A stretch of 64,000 bases of DNA from Octopus vulgaris (GCA_951406725.2 OX597824.1:51646001-51710000), one strand, 5' to 3'; positions 1-11,089 are shown, counted from the first letter of the stretch. Notes: generated from the sequence alone by a model not told the origin. Made by a program: numbers and translations.

Positions 1-499
1 TTTTCTTGTATAGTTTCACTAATCAAGTGAAATAATTCTCAGCTAAACAAACTTGCTGATATAGCTCTACCTGGGTATGTATCTAGTCTAGGAGAAAATA
101 CCTACTTTAAACCATAACTGCTATTATTTCTAATTTATTTCAGAGTAGACTTGAAGGATTCCCGACTTTCAGTTCTCCATTTACTCCCTCGTGGTATTAC
201 TGTAGAACTCAATGGATAGTGTTGGTCTCTATTCAAGCTCAGTAATTGAACAACTATTCATAGAACAGGCCTAATAGAAACCGTTTTGCATTTTTAGTAA
301 CATTGTTTTGCTGTTCTTAGTTTGCTTTTCTGTCCATCAATTACAGTTTCATCACCTTTATAGGATTGTATATCATGGATTTGCTATGTATCATTCTTTG
401 AATAAGCATGTAATGTCTGCATCATTAATTTACATATTAGTGTATGTGTACTCAAGAAGACCTGCCCACCACAACAGAATAGGGATCCTTAAACCAAGG

Positions 500-742
500 C
501 ACCATGTAAAAAGCATTGCTGTGGGTGTTGGTGCCACATAAGAAGCACTGTGCTGGTGCCATGTAAAAAAAGTAACCAGTACGCTCTATATAGTGATTGG
601 TATTTGGAAGGACATCCACCTGTAGAAACTAAGCCAAAACAGACTATGGAACTTGGTGTGGCTCCTGGCCTTGCCACTTCCTGTCAAGTTGTTCAACCCA
701 TGCCAGCATAGAATACGAATGTTGAGTGTTGATGATGATGAT
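500..742 (+). mobile_element. RTE 3'-UTR-only short copy (SINE-like tail element)
   Basis: Matches 2800-2990 (GGTGCCATGTAAAAA...CCCATGCCAGCAT...GATGATGAT). Confidence 0.7.
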
Positions 743-776
743 GAATTAGTACCCATATATGAATTAGTACCCATAT

Positions 777-2992
777 GAAAGGTTGCTGAATAAAGAAAAT
801 GAATGGGATAAAGAGAGTCTGCCGAATGTTGACCCAACAGAGGGACCAGCTATCCGAGTTGATAGTTCCGTGGTAGCTAAGGCAATTAGAAGCATGAAGA
901 CAGGGAAAGCCCCAGGCCCGTCAGGAATCACTGCAGAGATGCTCAAAATGTCTGGCAGTGTCGGCTATAGCCTAGTCACCCGTATAGTTAATCAGGTGAT
1001 ACACAAAGGAGTCATACCCAATGACTGGTGTAGCAGCATAATAGTCAACTGCTACAAAGGTAAAGGTGACGCCCTAGATACAAATAACTACAGAGGTATC
1101 AAGCTGTTGGATCAGGTGATGAAGGTTACGGAGAGGGTCATAGCCCAACTAATTAGAGAGAGAGTTAGTTTAGATGAGATGCAGTTTGGGTTTGTGCCAG
1201 GGAAAAGTACCACTGATGCTATATTCCTGGTAAGGCAGCTGCAGGAGAAATACCTAGCCAAAGATAAGCCCCTGTACCTGGCTTTTGTTGACATGGAGAA
1301 AGCCTTCGACAGGGTCCCCCGATCCCTTATCTGGTGGTCAATGAGGAAATTAGGGATAGATGAATGGTTAGTGAGAGCTGTGCGGGCCATGTATAGGGAC
1401 GCTGCTAGTAAGGTGAGGGTTGGCAACGAGTACAGTGAAGAATTCCGGGTAGAGGTAGGGGTCCACCAAGGCTCAGTCCTCAGCCCCCTCCTATTTATCA
1501 TAGTCCTCCAGGCAATAACGGAGGAATTCAAGACAGGATGCCCTTGGGAGCTCCTCTATGCTGATGACCTTGCTCTAATTGCTGAGTCGCTATCAGAACT
1601 GGAGGAGAAGTTTCAGGTGTGGAAACAAGGATTAGAATCGAAGGGCCTCAGAGTCAATCTAGCTAAAACCAAAGTCGTAATCAGTAGGAAGGTAGACAAA
1701 TCACAAACGCCTTCAGGTAGATGGCCCTGCTCGATCTGTAGAAAAGGTGTAGGTAGAAACTCTATAAGATGCACCAAGTGTAAGCTATGGACACATAAGA
1801 GGTGCAGCAATGTCAAAGGAAGGCTAACTAGGAAGATGGTTTTTGTATGTGGCAGATGCTCAGGAACAATAAACACTGAAAATGCTCTGAGACCAACTTC
1901 CGTCACTTTCCAGGGAGAAAAACTAGAAATAGTTGATAGTTTTCGTTACCTAGGTGACCAAGTCAGCAGCGGGGGCGGGTGTGCTGAAAGTGTAACTGCT
2001 AGAGTAAGAATAGCTTGGGCAAAGTTCAGAGAGCTCTTACCTCTGCTGGTGACAAAAGGCCTCTCGCACAGAATAAAAGGCAGACTGTATGATGCGTGTG
2101 TACGAACAGCCATGCTACATGGCAGTGAAACATGGGCCGTGACTGCTGAGGATATGCGTAAGTTCGCAAGAAATGAAGCCAGTATGCTCCGATGGATGTG
2201 TAATGTCAGTACTCATACTCAGCAGAGTGTAAGTACCTTGAGAGAAAAGCTGGACCTAAGAAGCATCAGTTGTGGTGTGCAAGAGAGATGTTTGCGCTGG
2301 TATGGTCATGTGGCGAGAATGGATGAAGATAGTTGTGTGAAAAAGTGCCACACCCTAGCGGTTGAGGGAACCTGCGGAAGTGGCAGACCCAGGAAAACCT
2401 GGGACGAGGTGGTGAAGCACGACCTTCGAACTTTAGGTCTCACTGAGGAAATGACTAGAGACCGAGACCTCTGGAAGTGTGCTGTGCGCGAGAAGACCCG
2501 GCAGGACAAGTGAGTCCATAACCTGTGGCCTTCTACATGGGATAGAGCCAGCCTACGTATGCATACCTTCCCTTCTTGGGACACAAAACTCTACTTGTGA
2601 AGACCTGTTGAGGCAAGTGAGGATCAGAATCGAAATCGATCAATGGAAATTGCAGATGTGTTACCAGTGCTGGTGGCATGTAAGAGAACCATCCGTTTTG
2701 CGACCGTTGCCAGCGCCGCCCCGACTGGCCTCGTGCCGGTGGCACATAAAAAGCACCATCCGTTCGTGGCCATTTGCCGTTCGTGGCCGTTTGTCTAGCA
2801 CCTGTGCGGGTGGCACATAAAAAGCACCCACTACACTCACGGAGTGGTTGGCATTAGGAAGGGCATCCAGCCGTAGAAACACTGCCAGATCTGACTGGGC
2901 CTGATGAAGCCTTCTGGCTTCACAGACCCCATTTGAACCATCCAACCCATGCTAGCATGGAAAACGGACGCTAAACGATGATGATGATGATA
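777..2992 (+). mobile_element. 5'-truncated RTE-clade LINE, young copy, (GAT)n tail
   Basis: Uninterrupted RT ORF 783-2513; 3' UTR with repeated GGTGGCACATAAAAAGCACC subunits; ends in GATGATGATGAT at about 2977-2992. Confidence 0.93.
783..2513 (+). CDS. Non-LTR (RTE) reverse transcriptase, N-terminally truncated, with PHD-like Cys/His insertion
   Basis: Motifs GKAPGPSG, NYRGIKLL, QFGF, FVDMEKAFD, GVHQGSVLSPLLF, YADD, FRYLG, LRWYGHV, GRPRKTW. No endonuclease domain; no true ATG start. Confidence 0.9.
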   Translation: MLNKENEWDKESLPNVDPTEGPAIRVDSSVVAKAIRSMKTGKAPGPSGITAEMLKMSGSVGYSLVTRIVNQVIHKGVIPNDWCSSIIVNCYKGKGDALDTNNYRGIKLLDQVMKVTERVIAQLIRERVSLDEMQFGFVPGKSTTDAIFLVRQLQEKYLAKDKPLYLAFVDMEKAFDRVPRSLIWWSMRKLGIDEWLVRAVRAMYRDAASKVRVGNEYSEEFRVEVGVHQGSVLSPLLFIIVLQAITEEFKTGCPWELLYADDLALIAESLSELEEKFQVWKQGLESKGLRVNLAKTKVVISRKVDKSQTPSGRWPCSICRKGVGRNSIRCTKCKLWTHKRCSNVKGRLTRKMVFVCGRCSGTINTENALRPTSVTFQGEKLEIVDSFRYLGDQVSSGGGCAESVTARVRIAWAKFRELLPLLVTKGLSHRIKGRLYDACVRTAMLHGSETWAVTAEDMRKFARNEASMLRWMCNVSTHTQQSVSTLREKLDLRSISCGVQERCLRWYGHVARMDEDSCVKKCHTLAVEGTCGSGRPRKTWDEVVKHDLRTLGLTEEMTRDRDLWKCAVREKTRQDK

Positions 2993-3811
2993 TGGAGAGA
3001 CATTAACAATGCCATACTTTGGCCTTTATACACTTCTAGTGTTAAGATCATTGAGTATAATTAATGTAATTACTGTACAGCTAATATTCAATTTGAATTA
3101 TTATAGGTGAATAAGTAAAGAGAAACATGGTTGAGAATGTTGTTGCAGGAGAAAGTAATCTTTGGAAAGATGTGTCAAAGAATTCCTCCACTGCTTATGT
3201 TTGAGAAGATGAGTGGAAAGTAAACACCTCCCTTTTCAAGAGGAGACAGTTGATATAAATTGATCTGAATTGTCTGTATTTTGTTATTGATTTTATTTAT
3301 TCCATTGTGATTTGAGGTGGGTAAAAGAAAGTCAATCTCAGTAAGATGTGAAATGTTAGGAGAAAATACTTGACTTGAAGCATGTGATCTGGTTCTCTGT
3401 TGTTTGTGATAGAGCTTATCATTTTACACATACACATATCTAAATGTGGACAGGCACATATATTATATAACCCTACCTGAAAGTAGGGTTATATAATATA
3501 TTTTATCGGAAACTGAAACTTCACGTATTGTTACTCAAACTTTTTCCCTTTCCATTCTTTGGATGATTATGGAAGAGGAAGCACAAGAAAGTTGTTAGAA
3601 AAAATTAAATATACTGTAGAAATATGTTAGTATTCAGATACTTTAACAGTTTATATTAATTTTTGGGTGTCCTTAAAAGAGATTTGGCTGCTAATTCTAG
3701 CTATGTGAACAGCCTTGTAGGTTCTGCTAGTAGCTCCCTTGTTGGCTTCTCTCTATCTCATTTATGTTTGAAAACTATCAGATTTGTTTCTTTTCCTTTT
3801 GTATTTTTCAG

Positions 3812-3995
3812 GACAACAGGACAAGTTTATTGCAGTATGTTGTCAAAGAATATGTGCAGAGATATGAAAAAGAAGATGCTGGCACTGATAAAGTTGCTCT
3901 GCCTCTGCCAGATCCGAGTGATATCAATCAAGCCTCTTTGGTGAATTTTGAAGATATTCTGGTTGAAATGAGAAAAATTGAAAAAGATTTCCAAT
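3812..3995 (+). CDS. FMN: Formin (FMN1/FMN2/Cappuccino subfamily), internal FH2 exon: DNRTSLLQYVVKEYVQRYEKEDAGTDKVALPLPDPSDINQASLVNFEDILVEMRKIEKDFQ
   Basis: Pyrimidine tract + CAG acceptor ending 3811, GTAAG donor at 3996; 184 nt, phase 0 to 1. Peptide resembles the FMN2 FH2 segment DN..SLL.Y.V..Y......DAG.....PLP.P.D..QAS...FED (recalled). Upstream exons lie outside the window. Confidence 0.93.
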
Positions 3996-5074
3996 GTAAG
4001 GATATTCTAACCCCCATTTTACATTTTTGTATCTGTGTTTCAGGGTTAAATGCTGAACCTTAAAAATAAGCAAATTGTTTTTACATGTCAAATAGATTTA
4101 AAAAAGCCTTTAATGATGTGAGCATATAGAACTTTTTTTTTTAGAAGAATATTGTACAGAACATGAAACAAATGATTATTTCAAAGAGTAATAAAACTAA
4201 GTTAAATTTAATTAAATACAATCAGAAAAAGAAAACCAAAATAGTTTGGATACCTAATTAGAAATAAATACTTAACTAGAGCTATAAAATTGAAAGCAAA
4301 ATGAATGGAGAAAGAGAAAGCCAAGAATTGAGTCAGAGGATGGCAGATAAAATGATTGCAGTGCCTTGCATTCTGTGCTCAAATCCTGCATTCAACTTTC
4401 CTTTCTGTCCTTCCAGGGCTTAATAAGCATCTATCTTGAGTGGTGGACTAGCAGAAGCATTCCAATGTTGGAAAAGATGCCTTGATGCATTTGTTATGAC
4501 TCTTTGAATCCTGGCTCAAATCCTGCCACTACTTACTTGAACAGTAGGTTTAATCCATCACCTGATGTAGCACCCCCACCTGGAACCACAAGTACCTTTA
4601 GCAGTGTTCACAGTGTTGCAAATATTTGAGCCAGATCTCATGTTTGGAGATACATTCTTCTCTTTCTCCCTCTAATATAGGAGGACTTTATAAACTTTTT
4701 TTTTGTTTGCCTTCTCATCACACAAGATGAAAAGTAGACTCTGGAAGACACATTATTAGCAACTTATCTAGGTGGACAAAACAGAAAAAAGAATTTTTTT
4801 GCCCATCTGTAGGGAACCTCATGAACTGGTTTGGAAGTTGGTAATAAGAATGATATCCAGCTATAAAATCCATATCCCTGTCCCTCTCAGAAAATATACA
4901 TAACAAGAAAGTTGGTTTCCTTTATTACTCTGTCAGTATAAGTTCAATGATTTGCTGTGAGTTTCACAACTCATCCAACATTTGCAAAAATGTTGAGGAA
5001 GATGGTAAGAGTCACCTCTTCCTTCCATGTTCTTGTGTGCTTGTACACACCTTTTTGATAGTTGAACTGTACAG

Positions 5075-5390
5075 TCACTCACATACCCTGTCACTTGCTC
5101 CATCACTCTAGTCCATTCCATTATATTGTCATTCACTCCATTACTCTGTCACTCACTCCATTATTCTGTCACTCACTCTATTTCTCTGTCACTCATTGTA
5201 TATCTCTGTCACTCACTCTATTTCTCTGTCACCGTTACTCTATCACTCACTCCCATTTCTTTGCCACTTCATTACTCTCTCACTCACTCCATTATACTGC
5301 CATACACTCCATAATACTGTCACTCAATCCATTACCCTATCACTCACTCTGAAACTCTGTCACTCACTCTGTTATTCTGTCACTCTGCTA
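5075..5390 (+). repeat. Minisatellite, about 20 bp unit (CTGTCACTCACTCYATTAYT-like), abutting the exon 5404 acceptor
   Basis: Roughly 15 diverged tandem units. Confidence 0.8.
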
Positions 5391-5403
5391 TTCTATCTTT
5401 CAG

Positions 5404-5496
5404 CTGCTGAGACTCGGTCTGATAAAGTCATAGAATCTTCTGGAGAGAAGTTCTTACAACCATTCAAAGATATCATGACTGAGTTTTTCATTAAAG
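5404..5496 (+). CDS. FMN: FMN formin exon: (S)AETRSDKVIESSGEKFLQPFKDIMTEFFIK(G)
   Basis: TTTCAG acceptor, GTAAAG donor at 5497; 93 nt, phase 1 to 1, in frame with previous exon; contains the FMN-typical 'SS.....QPFK..M..F' motif. Confidence 0.92.
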
Positions 5497-5632
5497 GTAA
5501 AGAACAATTGAAGATGTGTGTGTGTATTTTATGTATTTGTATTGAATGAGATTTATGTGTGTGTATGTGTAAGAGTTTCTTTTTCTTGTCTATGTGTGTG
5601 TATTTTCATTTATCTGCAGAGATGGTGACATG

Positions 5633-5930
5633 AAGGTGCAAGGCATAGTGGTTAGAGTATTCAGCTCACAATCAATTACTGGCAGCACTTTGTATCCTTG
5701 AGCGAGATACTTTATTTTACATTGCTTCAGTCCACTCAGCTGGCAAAAATTATAAGTACCTGTATTTCAAAGGACCAGTCTTGTCTTGTTTTGTGTCATG
5801 CTGAATCTCCCTGAGAACTATGTTAAGGGTATATGCATATGTGTAGAGTGCTCAACCACTTGCATGTTAATCTAACGAGCAGGCTGTTCTGTTCATTAGA
5901 TCAACTGGAAGCTTTGTTGTAATCAACAAT
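5633..5930 (+). mobile_element. Older tRNA-derived SINE-like element
   Basis: Degenerate A box GGCATAGTGGTTAGAG followed by TGTATCCTTGAGCGAGATACTTTA...CACTCAGCTG. Confidence 0.45.
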
Positions 5931-6084
5931 GTCCTATTTATGCAGAGATGGATGCTGAGTTTTATTCTGTTTGTATAATTAGTATAAGTTATGGGGATGT
6001 AAGCATACTAGCATCGGTTGTCAAGCTAATGTTGAGGGGACAAACACAGACACACAAACATATACATACACATATATATACATA

Positions 6085-6477
6085 CTAGCAGTATCGCCCG
6101 GCGTTGCTCGGGTTTGTAAGGGAAATAATTATATAAGCATTTTTAGAGATGTAAAGTATAATAGCCATTTCAATATGGCTAACCACAAAGGGGAGGGGTG
6201 TTACTGTAGCTTTTTACGTTCTGAGATTTAATAATAAATTTTAGAGAGTTACTTCCCTTATATATGTCAAAAATGGATTAACAATGGGAAAAATTGATGG
6301 TAAATTTTTTTAAAATCGTAGACTCATCGTAGACGCGCGCTAATACCCAGACGGTCTCGATATGAATCACGACTATAAGATACCCGGTTTTGGTTAAACT
6401 GCACCGCAAAATGTGGGAGTAGTTAGGAATCTAAATCGTAGGAGACAGACACACAACCTCACTTTTATATATAAAGA
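6085..6477 (-). mobile_element. Non-autonomous Helitron
   Basis: Minus strand: 5' TC start, 3' hairpin CCCGAGCAACGCCGGG then CTAG end, inserted between A and T. Confidence 0.8.
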
Positions 6478-6639
6478 TTTCCTCTATTTACATAATATTG
6501 AGGTCTCTTTCTTTCTTTTGTTATCTTACTGTTTTTACCAATATACATATATATATATATATAAATATATATATAGTTACAGAGATGTACTTGCATAGCA
6601 AGTGACTTGATCTGAGATCGTGTGCTGGAACGAAAACAG

Positions 6640-6898
6640 TTGCAGCGTTGAAGGTGTTTATAAGCCATTTAAGAAACACACAAAAACCGTTAGATTCACT
6701 TCAACATTTAAATTTAATTTGTCAAAATATTTTCGTCGCTTTGAGACCGCGACCTGTTAGCACGATATTTTTGTCAGTGAACAGGTCGCGGTCTCAAAGC
6801 GACGAAAATATTTTGGCAAATTAAATTTAAATGTTGAAGTGAATGTAACGGTTTTTGTGTATTTCTTAAATGGCTTACAAACACCTTCCACGCTGCAA
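6640..6898. repeat. About 119-bp inverted repeat (6640-6758 / 6780-6898), PLE-terminal-repeat-like
   Basis: Arms reverse-complementary with a few mismatches; 21-bp spacer; flanked by TA microsatellites. Confidence 0.85.
6770..6820 (+). ncRNA. Minimal type I hammerhead-like motif with G3-C8 variant core
   Basis: TTTGTCA-GTGAACA-G-GTCGC-(9 nt loop)-GCGAC-GAAA-ATAT-TT-TGGCAAA. Confidence 0.6.
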
Positions 6899-7244
6899 TA
6901 TATATATACACACATATATATATATGTATGTATGTATGTATGTGTGTATATGTGTATGCATGTATGTGTGTGTGTGTGCGTGTCTGTGCTTGTGATTGTC
7001 CTCCACCACTGCTTGACAACGAATGTTGGTTTGTTTACATCCCTGTCACCTAGTGGTTTGACAAAGGAAACAGATAGAATAAGTACAATGCTTACAAAAA
7101 TAAAACTGGAGTTGATTCATTAAACTACAATTCTTCAAGGCATTGCCCCAGCATGGCCACAGACCAATGGCTGGAAAAAGCAGAAGAATAAAAGAATACA
7201 TTCTCTGCTTTGGTCTTATGTTCAAGGCATGAGAAAGCTTGAGT

Positions 7245-7530
7245 TTACATGAGAAGGCCTAACAGACCTGGTAGAAACAGCAGCCAAATCTCCCTGAAAT
7301 CACACCTTACTGTCTTATGTATGTATATATATATGAGCCAATGAGGGGGACCTCTACATGGTAGCTAGACCTGGTAGAAATAGCAGCCAAGTTTCCCCCA
7401 AATCACACCTTACTGTCTTATCTATGTATATATGTATGTATGAGCCTATGAGGGAGACCCCTACATGGCAGCTAGACATGGTAGAAATAGCAGCCAAATC
7501 TCCCTCAAATCACACCTTACTGTCTTATCT
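7245..7530 (+). repeat. Three tandem copies (about 110 bp period) of a dispersed repeat GGTAGAAATAGCAGCCAAATCTCCCTCAAATCACACC
   Basis: Tandem copies here; single diverged copies also near 10570, 23450(-), 27690(-), 43345, 48810 and 57090(-). Confidence 0.7.
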
Positions 7531-7595
7531 TTCTGCTACTTGGATATAGGTCTTATATTCGTCGTAAAAAACTTTCCTGTCACACACTCACGCAC

Positions 7596-7649
<54 letters not shown>

Positions 7650-8057
7650 GCACACACACACACACACACACACTCACACACACGCACGTTAGCTTACAAT
7701 TTTATTTATATATTTGCGTGTCTATGTGTGGAAAGAGGAAGTGGGAGGCAGAGTGAAAGAATCACTCACTACAGTAAGTGAATTAGTTTCATTTTATTCG
7801 TTGCCCACTGTGTGTGTGCGTTTGCGTGTGGTGTAAACCAGACTAAGAAAAGCATTTGACACACACACCAGAATGTGAGTTTTCTGTAAATTTTGCTTAA
7901 TTGGAGTTTAAATTTTGAAAACTGGACCTGGCATGACGCGATGCATTGTACTCTTAAAAATGCTAGGTAAATTGTAATTGAAGAAATCCTATATTGTAGA
8001 TTTGTATAACTCCCAAAGGGAGGCAGATAAAATCTGCCTTTTATAATAAGAGATATA

Positions 8058-8216
8058 TGACAGGCTTCTTTCAGTTTCCGACTACCAAATCTACTCACAA
8101 AGGCTTTGGTCGGCCCGAGGCTATAGTAGAAGACATTTGCCTAAGGTGCCACGCAGTGGGACTGAATCCAGACCCATGTGGTTCATAAGCAAGCTACTTA
8201 CCACACAGCTACGCCT
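8058..8216 (-). mobile_element. SINE family A, 5' half (further fragments near 5985-6060, 6975-7196, 15504-15637, 20642-20781, 49125-49275)
   Basis: tRNA-like head and GTAGATTTGGTAGTCGGAAACTGAAAGAAGCC body on the minus strand. Confidence 0.8.
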
Positions 8217-8375
8217 AGTCTTTATTTTTAAAATTATTTTTACATGACTATGAATGTCTATTTTATACAGCTATATCACTCATTAGCAACGTTATCATTA
8301 TTCTCAGTATTTCACTTCTTTACAACTGATATTCTTTTGAATTATAGCTTAAGCATTGAATTTGTTAATATGCAG

Positions 8376-8427
8376 GTCGACAGGAACTAAAAGATCAACA
8401 GGAGAATCTTCGAGAATGTCAAATCAA
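8376..8427 (+). CDS. FMN: FMN formin exon: (G)RQELKDQQENLRECQI(K)
   Basis: TGCAG acceptor, GTAAGT donor at 8428; 52 nt, phase 1 to 2, bridging the flanking exons exactly; length fits the FMN2 'AKIDQEAEENSLTETHKC' helix. Too short for the ORF track. Confidence 0.88.
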
Positions 8428-8959
8428 GTAAGTAATGAATTCATAGTGTCTTTTGTTAGTGACTGTAGGTGATCAGGTCAATAAGGGTAGGAGATAAGCT
8501 TTGGAGAAGTTAATCACTGTTTCACAACCAACATGTCACCTGGTTTAACACTGCTTGAAGTCCTTTTAGTTGAGTAAATTTTATTGCGAGTATTTACACC
8601 ACTTGGAAGTTCCCTTGTAGCTTAATATTTTTTTCCAGTAGGCTTTGCTTTGTAGATTTTTATTGTTGACATCAGTCACATCAATCACACCTGTCTGGGA
8701 AAACCTGCAATGGTCTTGATCACAGCTCCTCTGCTTCCTGACTAAATATAAAAGAAAGCATTGCATTTTGTGCATAGCTAAGACATGTTACTCTCAAGTA
8801 GCCTATGGTGTGTAAGAACAACTCAGCCCTGTAACCAGAGGTAGCATTGTAAAATTTCCAAATACACATCTGGATGTTGGCAGGTTCTTCTAAACCAGTT
8901 TTTCTCAACTTTTTTGTTTTTGTCCAGTATTCTTCTTTAATTCCTGAATGGACAAAGTC

Positions 8960-8998
<39 letters not shown>

Positions 8999-9212
8999 TA
9001 ATCTAAATATGAAAACACAAAGAGAAAACACAAGGACATGGAACATGTATAGTGTTATTGGATGCTCAGGAAAAGAAAGAAAGAAGGAGGATTTAATGTT
9101 TCAAGCGGAGATCTTTGTCAGAAACATAGGAAAAGGAAAGATCCAAGGAAGGGAAGACAGAGGGAAAAAAAATCGCCAATGATACACATGCGGTCTATAT
9201 ATATATCTTCTA

Positions 9213-9414
9213 TTGTTACAGTCATTAGACTGTGTCCATGCTGGGGCATTGCTTTGAAGAATTTTTAGTCAAATGAATTGACCCTAGTTCATATTTATTT
9301 TTTTTTAAAGCCCGGTGTCTGGTACTTATCCTCTTGGTCTCTTTTGTTGAACTGCTATATGACAATGACATAAACAGCAACAACACTGGTTGTCAATCAG
9401 TGGTGGAAGACATC

Positions 9415-9448
<34 letters not shown>

Positions 9449-9599
9449 ATGGGCTTCTTTCAGTTTCTGTCTACCAAATCCACTCACAAGCCTGAGGCTA
9501 TAGTTGAAAATACTTGCCCAAAGTTCCACGCAATGGGATTGAACCCAGAAACATGTGATTGGGAAGCAAACTTCTTACCACACTGTTATGCCTGTACCT
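9213..9599 (-). mobile_element. SINE family A
   Basis: Same motifs on the minus strand. Confidence 0.8.
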
Positions 9600-9940
9600 A
9601 TATATCCAAAAGTAGTTTTAATTAAGACTTAATTGCAAGATTTTTTCACTTGTTATTTATACTGAAGTAACCTATACTACACCAGTGAGGTATGTTCCCT
9701 ACCCTGAGAAACACTGCTTTGCATTGACACCACCCCTATACACACTAGCCAATAATGGAGTATCAACTTGGTCACATGAAATAGAAGCCAATTTACCTTC
9801 AAACCAAACTCAACCATTTTTTTGAAAAAGATAGCCAAGACTGCATTGGATACTTGATTCTTGGATTCAGGTTGCCTGGCAGGTGGGGGGGGGGAGACAG
9901 AAAGGTAACAGTTAGAAAGCCTTTAATTATAGAACTGATT

Positions 9941-10153
9941 AAGATGGTGAGCTGACAGAGTTGTTACCATGCCTGGCAAAATGCTTAGTTGCATTTCATC
10001 CGTCTTCACATTCTGATTTCAAATTCTGTCGAGGTTGACTTTGCCTTTCATCTTTGCAGGGGTTGATAAAATAAATACTAGTTGAGCACTAAGGTTGTGA
10101 TCCACTTACCCCACTCCTCTGAACTTGCTAGCTTTATTCCAAAATTTAAAACC
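9941..10153 (+). mobile_element. tRNA-derived SINE family B with 16-bp TSD
   Basis: AAGATGGTGAGCTGACAGA...TTCAAATTC...GACTTTGCCTTTCATC...; flanked by AATTATAGAACTGATT (9925-9940) / AATTATAGAGCTGATT (10154-10169). Confidence 0.8.
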
Positions 10154-10340
10154 AATTATAGAGCTGATTGATCAAGGGTGACTTGGGATGTTGAACTACA
10201 ACAACAACAACAACAACAACCTTATATACATGAAGACAAGTGTTTTGTAGTGCTGCCAAATAAATGAAGTGATCTTTGTCTTCTCTCTCTGATTTTGTTG
10301 ATTATTCAGTTGTAGTTTTCTCTAATATCTTTTTTAATAG

Positions 10341-10490
10341 ATTTGACTATGTAGTGAAATTCTACTGTGTTAAGCCAAAAGCTGGAGAGAAAACTGTTAC
10401 ACCTGTATATTTCTTTTCACTGTGGATGACATTCTGCAAAGAATTTAAAGATTTTTGGAAGAAGGAACAGCAAGTTATTGTGAAACAAAG
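10341..10490 (+). CDS. FMN: FMN formin exon: (K)[49 protein letters not shown](R)
   Basis: TTTTTTAATAG acceptor, GTAAG donor at 10491; 150 nt, phase 2 to 2; diagnostic FMN motif KPK.GEK.V.P..FF..W..F...FKDFWKKE. Confidence 0.95.
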
Positions 10491-11089
10491 GTAAGAAAAG
10501 GATGTCCATGAAAATTATTTTAATTTTTTCGCATGAGCCAATGAAGTGGCTTGTATGTGGTTATCCAGTCTTCTAGAACTAGCAAGTAAATCCTCTTCAA
10601 ATCACACTCTATCATGTTAAATAAAGATCACATTAGATCATGTAGTGCTACATATTTAGGAGAAGGTGTGGGGTGGTCATGGTTGGAATACCTCTGATCT
10701 TAGTTCTGCTAGATCAGCATTGATTTTGGGGGTTAAACTACAACAATTTGATTACACATATATAAATACACACACACACACAAGCACACACACATATGTG
10801 TGAATATATACATATGTGTGTATGACATTAAACAATGATGATGATGATGATGCATGTGTATGTATATACATGAGGGAGAGAGAAAGAGTATGTATGTATG
10901 TGTTTCTATGTGTGAATACAGATGACTTCTTCAAGTTTACACATCAGAGGGACCAGCTGTTGAAGTTGATGTCTTCATGGTTAGAAGGAGGATCAAGAAT
11001 ATGAATGTAAGAGAAGGTGCTTCCCCATAAAGGCAGGTCACTAAAATATTGAATATCTGCTAATTTAGAGTGCATGCTAGTTATTCACT

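Noticed and set aside
144-246. Acceptor-like TTTCAG with open frame as an upstream formin exon
   Set aside because: Translation does not resemble the expected FH2 segment preceding DNRTSLL.
1112-2584. Antisense ORFs over the RT
   Set aside because: Shadow ORFs of the LINE coding strand with no independent evidence.
2660-2830. Repeated GGTGGCACATAAAAAGCACC units as a CRISPR-like array
   Set aside because: They are internal subrepeats of a eukaryotic LINE 3' UTR with related, non-unique spacers; no cas genes.
2901-2907. CTGATGA in the LINE 3' UTR
   Set aside because: Other copies read CTGGTGC here; no stems or GAAA in the right arrangement.
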